Assembly (NCBI GenBank): GCA_051362555.1
Contig: CM120645.1
Coordinates: 13,330,001 to 13,394,000 of the forward strand
DNA: 64,000 nt
Source of the DNA: Lingula anatina
Lineage: Eukaryota; Animalia; Brachiopoda
Reading direction: 5' to 3'
Shown here: one piece after another, positions 37,345 to 51,400 of the stretch
How positions within the stretch are numbered: the first letter of the stretch is position 1
Layout: each line of letters opens with the position of its first letter
The notes under the pieces: model-generated
Told to the model about the DNA's origin: nothing
The model's database searches: none
What the model saw: the letters and a program-made list of their open reading frames with translations, nothing else
Made by a program: the position numbers and the translations under genes

Positions 37345-40300
37345 ATGAACGCTGATCCGAAAAACGGGACCGTGAAGACACCGGTTTATATCAAAGTTGG
37401 GGATCCCAAGAAAGAGTTCTTTTCTGGATGCTGCATATTCGATGTTGCATTTCCGAACACGGTGTCAGTGGAGGTACCTAAATGCGACCCCCCCCCCCCA
37501 TCATGGGCACCTGTAGTTGTTTTCATTTTTAAAAATGACAAGTGACACCCAGTGTGTGTGTGTGTGTAAGTGTGTGTGTCTGGTTGAGGGGTCAGGGGTG
37601 TTAAAAGTATGTGAATAAGGTGCACTGTGAAAGACGGTGTTTTACTTAAACATGCATATATTTTAAGCGATGCATGGTTATAATATTTTAAGTATTTTTT
37701 AGTGTAGAATTTAAACCAACGGATGAAAACTTCCCTCAGACTGTGATGTTGGCCACTGGTCCAGTAAAATTTTTATGTACAGACACAGATGTGTCTGTAC
37801 ATATTGCCATCACCTGCGTCTGTCGTCGCCGATGGCGATGCCGATGCCGATGCCGATGCCGTGCACTTTCCTTGTAAACACGATAAGTGGAGGGCAGTTT
37901 TACTTTTTGGCTTTATATTTACAGAGCTGGTGAATATTCATAAAACGCAGGTCAAGTTCGAAAATCAGCATGATCGGGCCATTATTGTAGAAGTTATGCT
38001 GTTTTTTCACTTTTCAGCATATTTTTCACATTTCCTCAGATTTAATTCTTAGGCATGTTAACAGTCTCATTATTAAACTAATAAGATACGTAAAAGTTTT
38101 TGTTTGACATTTCCTGCATCTTTACAACATTGTTAGTTGATTTTGTAAAAATGATGGTAAACTTGTTATCATGTATTGTGTAATAAAGTTTCAAAAATGG
38201 AAATAAACTCATATCATTGCAGTTTGTCAGATTCAATCATTCACTATGTTCAGAATCTCAGAATGGAAGAAATTGGACATTTAACACTGCTTTATTGATA
38301 TTTTTCCCATCTCATCAATATTCTTAGTTGATCATATAAAAATGGCAGTAAACTGTTAATTTTGTTTTATGTTAAAAATTGTTAAAAATGGAAAAAAAAA
38401 CATTTCAGAACAGTGCTGTCTTGTTTACATTTTGGCATTTTCAAGTTGTGACTTTGAAGTTCCATGGGCCTGAAGACCTTTGCTAGTCACATTTTCTGAA
38501 TATCCATGATACTAATATTTTATTATTAAATATTGATGGTCATTATGCTGTTAAACATTATGTAATATTGCATCAAAATTTGAAAAAAAAAAACTATTTT
38601 GGGCACTGCTTCCATGATGACCATTTAAGAAAAACCATGTCACTTACTGTTCTCAAACAGTACAGTAAATATGTACAGATGTGTCAAAAATGTGTCTGTA
38701 CATATTGCCATCACCTGCGTCTGTCTTCGCCGTCAGCGCCGTCACCGTCGTCACCGTCGTCACCTGCGCCTTGCACTTTAATTGTAAACACGATAAGTGG
38801 AAGGCAGTTTTACTTTTGGGCTTTATATTTACAGAGCTGATGAATATTCATAAAATGCAGGTCAAGTTTGAAAATCAGCATGATCGGGCCATTATTGTAG
38901 AAGTCATGCTTTTTTTCACTTTTCAGCATATTTCACATATTGGCATTTTCAAGGTGTGACTTTGAAGTTCTACATGCATGCTTGAAGACCCATGCTAGTC
39001 ACATTTTCTGAAAATCCATGATACGTATATTTTATTATTAAAAATTGACGGTCATTATGCTGTTAACCAATATGTAATATTGCATCAGAATAGAAGAAAA
39101 CAATTATGGGTGCTGCTGCCATGATGACCATTATGGGAAAATAATGTTACTTATGATTGCCAAATGTTCAAAAAAGAAATGCAGGACTAAAATGCAGCCT
39201 GGGTTGGAAAAGTAGTCTAATTGGCTTCTTTTTCTGGAAGTTATACATTTTCAAAGTGTGAACTTGAACTCCCATGGGCCTGAAGCCTTATGCTTGTTAC
39301 ATGTTTTACTTACATTGGTATTACCTGTTGAGCATAATTAAAATTTGATGTTGAATTTGCAGTTTAACATAATGTACTTTTGCATCAGAATTGACAGTAG
39401 CCTATTTTGTGCATAGTTATTTCCTGCTTTTTGTCTGTACATTTGACAGCTTTGCTGCCTTGTTTAATGTTTGAATTTAGTGGTCTAAATTGCCATTAGT
39501 TTTTTTTCCTATAAGTTAAAACAAAAAAGCTTTCAATTTGAAGTATTTTCCCCCGAAATGTTACTGTCACATGATAATTCTAAACAGAAAAAGAAAACAT
39601 TTGACAAAATCAGGGTCTTGTTATTACTTATATTAATGCAATAGGGGAAAATGTCCAGTCACACTGAAATTTTTGTTCAAACCAGTGAATACTGATTTAG
39701 ACCAGTAGATTTTAGGAGACTGGTGGTCTGAATGGCTAGAAGGCTGAAAAGTTAATAGCACAAAGTGGTTCCTACAAGATGTAGATGGCCAGCTAACATA
39801 TGTTACATATTGCTTTTTCAGATTAATGAATTCAGCTTCAAAAATTACTATGGTCACACGTTGACGGTAATGGCACGGAGGAAAGAAGAGCCAGGCAGTG
39901 AGTATACTTCAGTTTTACTAAATCAACAATTATGATAATAGCATTTGATGCCCTATTCATTAACACTGATGTACCTGTATTGTTTTATGTTCGTTGTTGT
40001 GTTTGAGGGATGTAGACAAAGTTTAAGTGAAAACTATCTTTGTTGTTAAAATGAGGGGAAACCTGTGCGTACATTATACCAGTTTGTGAACATTTAACAG
40101 TGTAATTTACCAGTGCTGTTTTTATTGTTTTTACCAATAGTTGAGCCTAAGTGGAAAACATGTCTAAAGAGAATGAAGCTTATGCCAAATCCACATTTTG
40201 AGACTGGAGCTCAAGATTACTTTACTGTCACCAGAAAACAGGTATTTAATAGATGTTTTAACATTAAAAAAAAAAAAAAATTACATTACTTTGATATTTA

Positions 40301-42283
40301 TTTTGTGTATTTTTCTCCCAAAATTTTTATTTTCAAAGTAATTTTTTATAAAGATGACACAAGTCATATTTTCTGCATTCAAATTGTATTTACGTGAAAT
40401 AACAAGCAATTTTTTCTTTATTGAAGGACATAATTTTACACCTAATGATTTGTGGATGCATAAATTATATTACGTAGTATTTCAAGAGAAATTTTTTTGA
40501 TGATTGGGCATATTTATCTTGTTGATAGTGCAACAAAGTAATAATATTTTATCTCATCTTCCAGCTTCTGTTTGATCTCACCAATGTGACAGGTCTAAGG
40601 TTTATACTGAGACAACCGTCTCCTGTGTGGAAGGAATTTAAACTGGAAGAGCTGACCTTTGTAAAAACTACTTCTGAGGTAGGGTTAATTAATTGGTTAA
40701 CTATCTGATCAACCGCTTTCAACCTGCCAATCGATTGACTGATTGGGTGATTTCTTTTGATATCTGTGTAGTGAAGAGAAAATGTCTTCATATTGGTTTA
40801 AATGTTTTTTCTTTGCCTTTTCTGTCAAACTATTATTTCATTATATTATATTATATTTTATTATATTATATCAGTACAGTGCAGTAAAAATCTCACCCTT
40901 TTCATTGTTTTGACATTATATTTTCGATAAATATGAATTTGTAGATTCTCAATAATATTATCTTTCAGTTCTATCATGTTTCACTATGTCCAATTTTATG
41001 TAAGTTGCTTTGAGGTATTACATATGTGTAGTGATAGTAATTATGTTTCAGTGTCATAAGAGTTTCTTTTCTGATCTTATCCATGTACATGTATTTTCAT
41101 AGACTGCTAAGAGTGCGCCATTACCAGCCTGGTTACTGAGGCCTCCAAGGGCCCATGGAGACTACCCAGAGGAAAAAGAAATAAAGGTAAAATATGTGCT
41201 GAAAGTAATCATATAGTTATGTCAAGTGAAAGAGTGATATTATTATTGGTAAAAAAAGAATTGTTTTGAAAGAGACTGAAAACTATTTGTACTTATGAGG
41301 CATGATATGAGACTGGCATTTAAAATTTGGGACTAATTTAGCTTTTATTTGTGTTTCTTGTAGCCATACATAAAGTCTTTAAAAAAAGTTGAATATTTGC
41401 ATAAGACAGGTGTTTGGAATTTGAGAGTAATTATGAAAATTATTTGTATTTCAGTTTGCCCCATAATGAAATATTAAAAAAAAGTTGAATATATGCAAAA
41501 GACAGGTGTTTGGAATTGAAGAGTAATTAAGAAAATTATTTGTATTTCAGGTATCCCTTCATAAAATCTTAAAAAAAGGTTGAATAATTGCATAATAAAG
41601 GTGTTTTAGGAGTTTTGAAATTTAAGAGTATATTACAACAATCATTGATGTTTCAGGGACTTCCTCCCATGGATGACCTGTCCAGTCACTTACAACAGAT
41701 GTGGGCTATGGTCCAGCAAGCTACGGCTAACCAGACCCAAGTTTCTCTGGGAAGATTTGACGTAAGTGTTCTCATGGACTTCTAATAGAAATTTAGAGAA
41801 TTTAATCTCATGTGATTGTTGTAAAGTGCTTTTGAGTAGTTGGTTAAAAGGAGGCCCGTGATTTGAACTTGATGATGCATTGTTTTATATTTATTCCAAT
41901 CTAATCATTGAACTATTCTCTGTGACGTGATGTGAGACCTACAGAGAAATGTCTTAACCAGAATCATTGTATTTTGGTTTGAAATGTTTTTTCTTTGCCT
42001 TTACTTACACATTATTTTAATTTTATTATATTATATTATGTCAATACAGATCATTAAAACTTGGTTGACTTCAATTAATGTTTTGATAAATGTGAAATTG
42101 TTGATTCAGGATAATATTAAATCTTAAATTAAACTTGTTTTTCCATGTCCAATTTTATATAAGTTGCAGTGCACTGAGATACTATTTTGTGTTCAAGCTC
42201 AAAGATATATTAATATTATATATTTTATCATATATTTCCAGGTGGACAACAGTTATGACATTAATCTGTTGTCATATACTTGA
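37345..42283 (+). CDS. NICN1: Nicolin-1 (tubulin polyglutamylase complex subunit), 216 aa
   Basis: Exons 37345-37473, 39822-39897, 40141-40241, 40565-40678, 41103-41186, 41657-41761, 42242-42283. Motifs FKNYY, KWKTCL..LMPNPH.E.GAQDY, LRFILRQPSPVW, QQMWAM and the C-terminal GRFDVDNSYDINLLSYT. Confidence 0.93.
37775..39465 (+). mobile_element. Non-autonomous Helentron-associated (HINE/DINE-like) element with a duplicated 5' end, in NICN1 intron 1
   Basis: Preceded by a T run. 13-bp perfect inverted repeat ATGTACAGACACA / TGTGTCTGTACAT (37775-37802), then a GCCGAT microsatellite. Central repeats at about 38430, 38940 and 39245. 3' subTIR TGTCTGTACAT (39432-39442), small hairpin CAGC-TTT-GCTG and TTGTTT. 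A second 5' module starts at about 38671. Confidence 0.78.
40790..42170 (+). repeat. About 200-bp segment shared by NICN1 intron 4 (about 40790-41010) and intron 6 (about 41970-42170)
   Basis: TTGGTTT..AAATGTTTTTTCTTTGCCTTT...ATGTCCAATTTTAT(G/A)TAAGTTGC occurs in both introns. Confidence 0.7.
41380..41656 (+). repeat. Three tandem ~97-bp units, each containing a TTTCAG acceptor-like end, before NICN1 exon 6
   Basis: AAAAAAAG(G)TTGAATA...AGGTGTTT...TTTCAG ends at 41454, 41550 and 41656 (the acceptor used in the gene model). Confidence 0.85.
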
Positions 42284-43355
42284 CCAAGCACCATGCCAGT
42301 ACTTCTGGTAAATTGTTCTGTGAAGTCGCACAAAGGCAGTCACTGTGAGGAAATATGGTGTGGATAGAAGGGGTGTAGTGTAGTGCATTTCATGACAAAG
42401 GGATCATTTTCATGACATCTTGAAGTGACAACAAACCACGGTGACCCTTAGACAACTGCTGGCAGTGAAATTTTTTTACGGAAGGATTTTGTGCTGAATT
42501 AAATAAATTAAAGATTATTATAATTATTTAAGATCTTTTAAGTTCAGCAGCTAAATAAACGTATCATGATTGTTTGCATTGTGCATAAGATTATTTTCAT
42601 TGTGGTGTTGACCAGCTGTGAGTTGGTGACTGTTTGTATTGACAAACATTAAGTAAAGCATTTGCTTTAAATATCAACCTGTCATTGAAGAAGTCAGACC
42701 TTGGAAATGTTGATATAGAAGTTGTCTGTTAAACATTCCATTTGTTTTAACATGTTGGACTATCGGCCTGTTGATAGAAAAGATAATTTTTGTCATCTTT
42801 TTAGTCATGTTTAGTTTTCTTATTAATAACTGACATGCCTAAGCGTATATCTTCTTAAGCATGATTTATGGTAAACATTACTCTCTGAATTGTGATACTT
42901 TTTGTTAAGTTTATAAATACAATAAATCAGAAACTTTGTAAGATGTTCTTGATTTTATTTAAAACTACAAATTTTATACAAATCATAAAATGAATTTTAA
43001 AATTGCTAAAACAACACTGTATGCATTGACACTTTATTAATACATGGGAAATGTCAATTTAACTCCTTATCACACAATGAAAAACAAATTACAAAAATAG
43101 AGATATATATCAAAATCTCAGTCCAGCTGTGAAGATAAATTGAATTTTTCGTATGTTAAATTACAGGATGTTCGCATTTATAAATAGTCCATCTGAGGTA
43201 CATGGTACATTGACCCAGTGATAAATTAGCAGGCATTTAGAATTTAAAAACAGTTTAAATTTGGCTGAGGTGCTCGTTAATAGTTCAGAAGCAAATATAC
43301 CACTTTTTCTATCCCTATCGTTGCGCATCTCGTCTATAACTCGTACATGCAGGGT

Positions 43356-46300
43356 TCAGAACTGGGTCGCTGAGTGGAAAAACATCTGTTGGGGATCCCT
43401 GCCACTGTCACGATATCTTGTCTCCTGATGTGGTTCATCCATCTGAAATTATTACACATCAGTCATACTAAAAATGAGATTATATATATTGAATTAAACT
43501 TGACACGAGCAGTGCCCTGTACCTTTGGAGATTAATCAAGGAATAATTATAAAATGAATAGCTATGTATACTGGGTCAGTTGATTTTGTTTGTCCAAGGT
43601 TTGTTCATATTTAGTTGTAAAAGGGGGTGTTGGTGTGCTGTTATGGAAAACTTTCAATATTTTGATTTGAAAAGTTGACTTTTTTTGCAGGAAAAAACTC
43701 CTTTCCACATTCTTCATTAACTTTATAAATGTCCTGATAAATAAAACAAAAGAAAAATAATCATGAAGATAAAATGATACTAAAAAATAATGAAAAAGCG
43801 ATAATTAAATATATACGGAAACAATAGGATAAAGAATATAATCAAACGAAGAAAAATTATATGCACCTCGTAATAATTACTCCTGCGCTGGGATGTTGGT
43901 CTTTCATCCTTTTCCTCTACAGCGTCATACTTCGATATTGGCTTGATCTTTTTGGCAAAGGCCCAGTCCTAGATTAGACTTTCAGATATCAGTTTTTACA
44001 TAGATAACTCTTCTATATATATATTAGGCCTACATGTTTTCAATTGAAAATTTCATAGTGAACAAAAGGATTTTTCTCCAATTTAATCTTTTGATAAAGG
44101 AGACATTCTAATTTAAACACAGCAAATGCTGTTCAATTTCAAGTAAAGTGTCATGATAATAAATAAATAAATAAATATATAAAAAGAAACAGCCAGACAT
44201 GGCTTTCCATCTTACTATATCTGGTGCCGCATCCACCGCTCTCTGGATTACAGCCATCCGTGCTTCTGGATCTTCACGTTCGTCTGCTATATCCTGATAG
44301 GTCTGTTCTCCGTAGTTGCTAGGATACGTTTTCCTCTCCATTTCCTGGCTGCTTGACGGGGACTCGTCGGGGGTCTGTAGGTTTGTCTCTGATTTAGAGT
44401 GAAGCAAGGTCTCCTTATACTTATGAAGACTACGTCTAGTTTTGTGAGTGAGACCGGCGAACACCGCAACGACTAGAACAAGAACAGCCCCCACCGAACC
44501 GCCGACCGAAACCGAAGCGAGACGCCATCCTTTCAGAGCTAAAATATCGAAGAAACATATTGAAAATTACTTAAAATCTAATATGAATGAAAATAAGACT
44601 ACATTTGGTGAAAATCTGCTTATCAAATGTTGAAAATATAATCTTTACAGTATAAAGAGTCGACCAAGGTTAGATATGAGTTACACGTGACTTTTTTTTA
44701 CTTATATATGTGAAATTTTAATAACTGCAATTTTAAAAAATGTGAAATGTATTGCCGATTCCGTAAACGCGTGTACATTTTTTTCTTAACATGCAAGTAA
44801 CGATAATACCTGCGTGTACCCTTACCTTGTGGCCCATTGCAGTATGGGCCAGTGAAATCATCTATACACCTGTGGAGGAAATCCAAAGGAATCAGATAAG
44901 AAAGAAACAGCAACAACAGAAAAAACAATAATCATATCAATAATGAACACTGGCTGAAAAATTATCGCGCACCGGCATTAATTTTTTTGTTAATAATTTT
45001 AAGTTTTAACTTTTACTCAATGGGAGTGCGTACATATTTTGGCTTAGTTATCTGCCCTTCCCCCCAAATCTAAGGACAAAGTGGTGTCTTGTTTTTGTAT
45101 CAGATATACCAATTAATCCTTGATGTGTCAGTTTGAGTCTCACCTGCACGACGATAGGTTTCCTTTGACTCTCTGACATACTCCTCCGTTCATACAGTCT
45201 GGGCATATTTCTAAACAGAATATTGAATAAAATTTGACTTAATAACAACAACGGTTTATTTATTTTTCAGATAAAAAACTACGTTCTCGCGTGCTTCAAG
45301 AAACTTACAAATCAATATTTGACATAGGCCTAATTGTATTTCAAACCATTCAAATATTCCAAGGTGGAATACTTCAAATTGAAAGCAATTATCACAGATG
45401 TAAATTATAAATATGAAATAGCGATAAAATGTGGCCTTACTTTGAACAAAATGACCACATACCTGTGCAGATACGCCCCTTGTTTTCAACACTGTCATCT
45501 TCAAACCCCTCTCTACAGTCACAGGTGTACGTTCCATAAGCCGCTTGATGCTTGCAGTCAGCGTAAGGAGAGCAACTGTGATTACCATTAGCACAGACGT
45601 CGAACGCTGAATTAAATTAATGAATGACTTTCTGCACACGAAAACATGCTTTATTTCATAAATTCAATAATCAAACAAACAATTTAAAATTAAATCTCAA
45701 AATATTTTAGGACTAAAATGCAGAGGACGCTTAACTGTTCAGCATTCATTGCACATAACATTGCAGGTTTTTGGTGATTTTCAATGAACCCACCTTCAAA
45801 ACGTTTCTCAGAAATAACTAAGGCATCTTCACTGACTTTCAGTATTTGACTTAGAGACTCCTTCGCAATTGTTTGGTTGAACGCTGTTGTCACTGCGTCT
45901 GCCGTTACAATATCACCCGCGTTTGTTTTAAAGTATACTTTATAGTCGCCCTTTATGCTGCCCTTGGACAATTTGACAACTTCACACCTGTCATAGGTAT
46001 CACGTAGATCGCCACTTTGGTACGCCCTGCTTACCTGGAGTGACACAAATACATGTAGTTATAGCATTTCTTTTTTTACTCATTTAAAAGAAGAAATAAT
46101 TTTTGAACTGAAATTCATAGTACTATAAGCTCAAATACTGGGTATGCATCAGTTTGATTTACTTCAAAGTAAAAATACAAAATCTTTCAATAATGTTACA
46201 TCAATGTTCTTACTAATAAAGCAAAAAAAAAAAAGTAGAATCTAAGATGCCCATATAAACCCATATCCCTACAATAAATTGTACTTACTGCTTCGCATAT

Positions 46301-47941
46301 ATCATTTGCCATATCTTTGAAGGCCTGGGAGGACGTGTCTTCAAGTGCAGGATTCCATTCCACTGGACCGTCCGGGGTCGTTTCGATGCTGAGGGAGTTT
46401 TGAAATATACTTACCCCTGAAAATCATTGTGTGAAAAATCAGAAAAGGGTTATCATCTATACTGAAGTCTTACGCCTAAGAGAAAAAGTGTGCATTTTGT
46501 ACTGATAAACACATACTGTTATTTACAATACAAATACAGATATTCAATGTATGTATGTATGCAAGTGCTCTGAGAAATATTTAAGAGCATGACGCGCCTA
46601 TTTTCTGTGATCTTCGGGTATTGAATTTTATAGTAAATGTTTGCGCTTCACATCTATTTCTTAAGTAAAAACGCGTAAGAAACCCAATAGAGATACCATC
46701 TTCGCAGTGTTTCCCGGCAAAGTCTTCCGTACACGAGCACATGTAGTTATAGTTAGAGGTCCTCACACATGTTCCATCATTTTTACATGGCTGACGTATA
46801 CATGGATCTGGTACATCTGGATTAAAAGACATGAAAAAGGCAAAGCTTAATGTACAAGAAGAGGGTAATTTAGCAAAACTCTCCTGTACACGTTTCTTTT
46901 TCTGGCATCTTTTATTACACAGCATTTAAGCAGTAATCGAAACAGTAAATATTTTGAATTATTTTTTACTGAATTTATATTTAAATCAGTTGCGACGATG
47001 TCCCAATTTCATATTGAACAAGCGGTTGACTTTACACTGAAAACTTCATATTTTCTCAGTTAGCCATAACAAGAAAAAAATTAATGCACAAGCTACCAAG
47101 AACCCTTTCATCAAATTCTTTTGAGACAAAATGTGCTTGTAGATAAATAAAAACTAACAAACCCTTTAACATAATCTGGGCATCATTTTAAATGACTTAA
47201 AGAAGGAAAGTATGCTTTACCTATATCACAGGTTTCTCCCCGGAACCCTAGTTTACATTGACAACGGCGGTCTCGCTCGTCCACCGCCACGCAAGTGGCT
47301 CCATTAGCGCACGTGGGTGGTACCTCACACGGGTTTTCATTCACTAGAATATACATGTTAAAACAAAGTCGGCATAAACAGAGATGTACCAGCAGTAGGA
47401 ATTGCAGTGAGGAGTATGGACCACAATATTCTTTAGAACAATCTTTAAAGAAAGTCTGTCTAATGCAGTTTGGAGACCATGATAATATTTTTTAGAAATG
47501 GATTTCCTTGAATTGCTTAATCTCTCACGCAATTAAAACCAATCGATTTGAAAGAAAAAAATTAAGAAATTTTGGTTAATAAATTCATATGATAAAGAAT
47601 AATATGCCGAGATGAAAGATAATGCTCTATGACTCTCTTATAATATTTTGCAAACAATATTTTAAGAACAATGCTTACCACAAACCCCAGATTCAATAGG
47701 TATCAAGCCAACTTTGCAGGAACATTTATCACCTTTACAAGTCGCATTGGTAGTCTTACACTCAATGACCTTCGAGCATGGTGAGTGAAGAGGTTTCTTC
47801 AAGTCTGAATATTATAACAGAATTACTATGATTAATAAGGAAGAGTAGATGATTGCATGTTAAAGCCAGTCTCAGTGGGGCAGACCTTCATATAAAAAAA
47901 AAAAATTTCCTGGAAACGTCACCAGAGGGTCAATTCAACGA

Positions 47942-47999
<58 letters not shown>

Positions 48000-48369
48000 G
48001 GGGGTGGGGTGGAGAGAGAGTAAAAAGAATTTGATCTATAGTTAGGAAGGAACTTATAAGAGCGCTAATTTACCGCAATTTCTTGTAGCGTCGTTATAGA
48101 AATACTGTTCTTCACAAACGCATCTTGAGCCTACACAGATTGCATTCGGATCAAGACATTGGCTCGCGTTCTGACAGGAACCGTTGATTTGTTGTTTTGG
48201 TTCTGCAAGGATACAACAACTTAGAGAATTTTTTACCGTTAAGGCCTCTTCATTCAGTTTGATTTAGGTAAGACGTAATTTTGCTATTACTTAACGAATA
48301 ATGATAAAAATAAAGATAATTTATAGATTTAGCATACCCAAGCAGACTCAAAGCCCTATAAAATATACT

Positions 48370-48416
<47 letters not shown>

Positions 48417-51400
48417 AAAATGTTTCATTCTAAAATATTTTTAGGTGGTTGCTTACCACACGTGTTGCTGTCAAATTGGTAATGTCCACCGTCACACTGG
48501 CACTTCTCTGTCTCTTCATCACACACAGTGGAGTTGAGTTTACACTGTTCATTTCCTTCGGTGATTTCGCATTGTCCTCCAAGCGCAATCTTTGCCTCTG
48601 TGAAAATAATATGAATTACGTATCCTCCAAATATAAAATTAACACTTTATGGTACTGTAGCAGTTAAGGTAGGCTCCTTTTTCTTCAGCAGATTCAGTGT
48701 AAATGTACTTGTAAAATATTTTTATAGTCATTGTATTATTACGAACGAATAGGTCCAAGTTCAACATGAAAAAAAAAAAAAAAAAACTCCCACCAGCGGT
48801 ACACAAAATGTTATTCCTATAATAGTTTAACGAAGGCCTCTTAATTTGTGTCAACTTTTGCATTTACTACAACTGCATGCGCGATCACATATATTACAAC
48901 TAATGAGTGCTCCATAACCCCCAACCAGGCTGGCCCCTTGAACGAATAAAACAGACGCCTAATACGACTTATTTAACATTGGAATAAGCGTTTCTACTCA
49001 CTACATCCATTGGCATCAGGGAAGTATTTCTCTGTATCACACTGACATGTGTTGTTGTGGCACACCGATCCATTTGGACGACACTGCTGCTCAGGTAGTG
49101 AGAACGTCGCGTTGCAAAACATTCCCAACTCTTTCTTCTCTTCTGAAGATGTTACAAAAGATGAAACTTACCCCATATTTATGGCTGTTGTAAAATTCTC
49201 CAGAATATCATTTAGAAAAATAGAAAATACACAAACATATAAATTAAATACAACCATAAAATATATACGCAGAAACGACTTACCACAATGCCTGTTAGTG
49301 ATATTGAAAAAATAATTGTCATTACATTGACAAGTGCCTTGGCAGAAAGAATTCTGGTCTTTACATTGGTTATCATCGGTACAGTTTTCCCGAATCAGTT
49401 TTTTCTCAACTGAAATATAATTTATATAAGTACATTACCGAACGAGCAAGTGTATTATTCAGAGAATTCAAAGCTGTGAAACTGCACTTAAGGAACTGCA
49501 GACGCTTATTCACTGCCACTAATTAAAATGGTTAAACATTCTCTGATTGTAACGCATGTCGAATGTATAGTACATGTATTATATCATTCATCACCCTTTC
49601 ATTTAAATAGGAATTGCACTTTGTGGTACGTGGAAAACGCTGCATAAAGTTATCAGCATTTTATATAAACGAAAAGGCATTTACTCAGAAAATGCATACA
49701 CTAATTGTGAAAAAGAAAAAAAAAATGCATGCTCACCGCATATCTTTTGTTGCTGGAAATATCCGTTCACGCATTCGCACCGTTTAGTATTGTTATTGCA
49801 CTTTGCATTGGTCGTGTTACATGTGACAATCTTTGTGCAGGCCTCGCCCAGTGCTGCTTGCTTTCCAGACGACACTTATGGCAAAATTAACTCACGTGAA
49901 TTATTATGAAATACAAACTTTTATGAAATACAGTATTTGCTTTTATTAAAACAGATATTGACATGGAATGACCTTTGCTAATGATTACCTCGATTATCTT
50001 TGTATGTCACAAGTACCACAAATGAGACAATAATTTTGAAAATAAAAGTATACATATATATAGAATAGTAGATTTACGCGTTTTCTCTTACCGCAGATGC
50101 CCTCGTCTTCGACGAAGGAACGGTCGCAGGCACATATGTTAGACGTATTACATACGCTGTGTTGTATTCTACATTCCACTGTGTTATTACAGGTGACACC
50201 CAAGGGCTTCTTAGATACTGAAATAAAATTTTCAAATCGGTATTGAAGAATACAGTCTGTAAGTGAACGTCATCTCAGGCTCTGTTTTGGCCGCGAGAGG
50301 TTCCGTTCTGCTTCCGTACATGAGAAAGCGCCCATTGTGGGGTGATCAAAAGTGCACTTGGTTGGATCTGTTTTGGTTCCGAAATTATATTTTCTGCGGA
50401 ATGTTAATGGGCATAGTGGAAGTATTGCCTCTACACTCAGGATGATGTATTTAGCTAAATTACATTTGGTAAATAATCCAACCGAATGAACTTTGTTTTG
50501 CTGTGCAATTTTAATGTCTGACATGACAAGGAATAGATATATAGGTAAGTTTTGCATAGTCAAACGCTAATTTATGGCGACGGTCTAACACTTAGAAATT
50601 TGATTGTAGCCTCGGATTCAATGCTAGCCTACGTGTTTTTAGACAGGCTTCCTTAGCCTCGGATTCAGTGCTACATCTGCCGTGGTCGGACAACTTGCCC
50701 AGCCACGGTTTCTTTTAGGTTGGCGCCTCAGCGTTTAATCAAGCGAGCGCTGCTACTCCATCTCACTCTGCTTTTATGCATAGTTTTCTCCAGTGAATAC
50801 GATTGTCATTACCATTTTACGCCGTTTTTCGTTCTTTGCAACCCCACAAATTGAAATGCGTGCCCCATTTGTTTGGAAAGAATATTTTAAATGTAGATAT
50901 TTTAGGCGTACACATTACGTCAATATCATTAATCAACACTATTCAGTGTTTATCACTAATCCGTTTCATTTCTTTTCAATAATGGGACCTTCAATAAATG
51001 CGGCCGCCATCGGCCAAATTTCAAACATCATACTTGAGTTTGTTCTATTCCTTTAACTGGCATGTCTTATAACTCTTATCGGCTAAGATCGAGAAGACAC
51101 AAAAAACAATTAAGAAAAATGTTTTATTTCCCGTTGCACAATTCTACAATTCACGGTGCGTAATATACACTTTTATTACATATGCAACAATCCTGCCTAT
51201 ATGATTTTAAAGTATTTTCATTTACTACTATAATTTTCCCACTTTGATTCTGATTAGTTTCATAAAAAAAAAAACACATCTGAAGACACGAGGATAAACC
51301 CAAACTTGCATTGTATTGTTCATTGGTTTATTTCTCTGATTTGCCCAATGATCCCCAATTATTATAATTATAATAATCTTCATTTTTACTTTTTATTTTT

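Noticed and set aside
37789-38959. Similar ORFs MCLYILPSPASV...
   Set aside because: They come from the duplicated non-coding 5' module of the Helentron-type element.
1029-42283. Functional cytoskeleton/cilia gene cluster (PIERCE, CAPZA, NICN1)
   Set aside because: There is no evidence beyond adjacency; synteny data would be needed.
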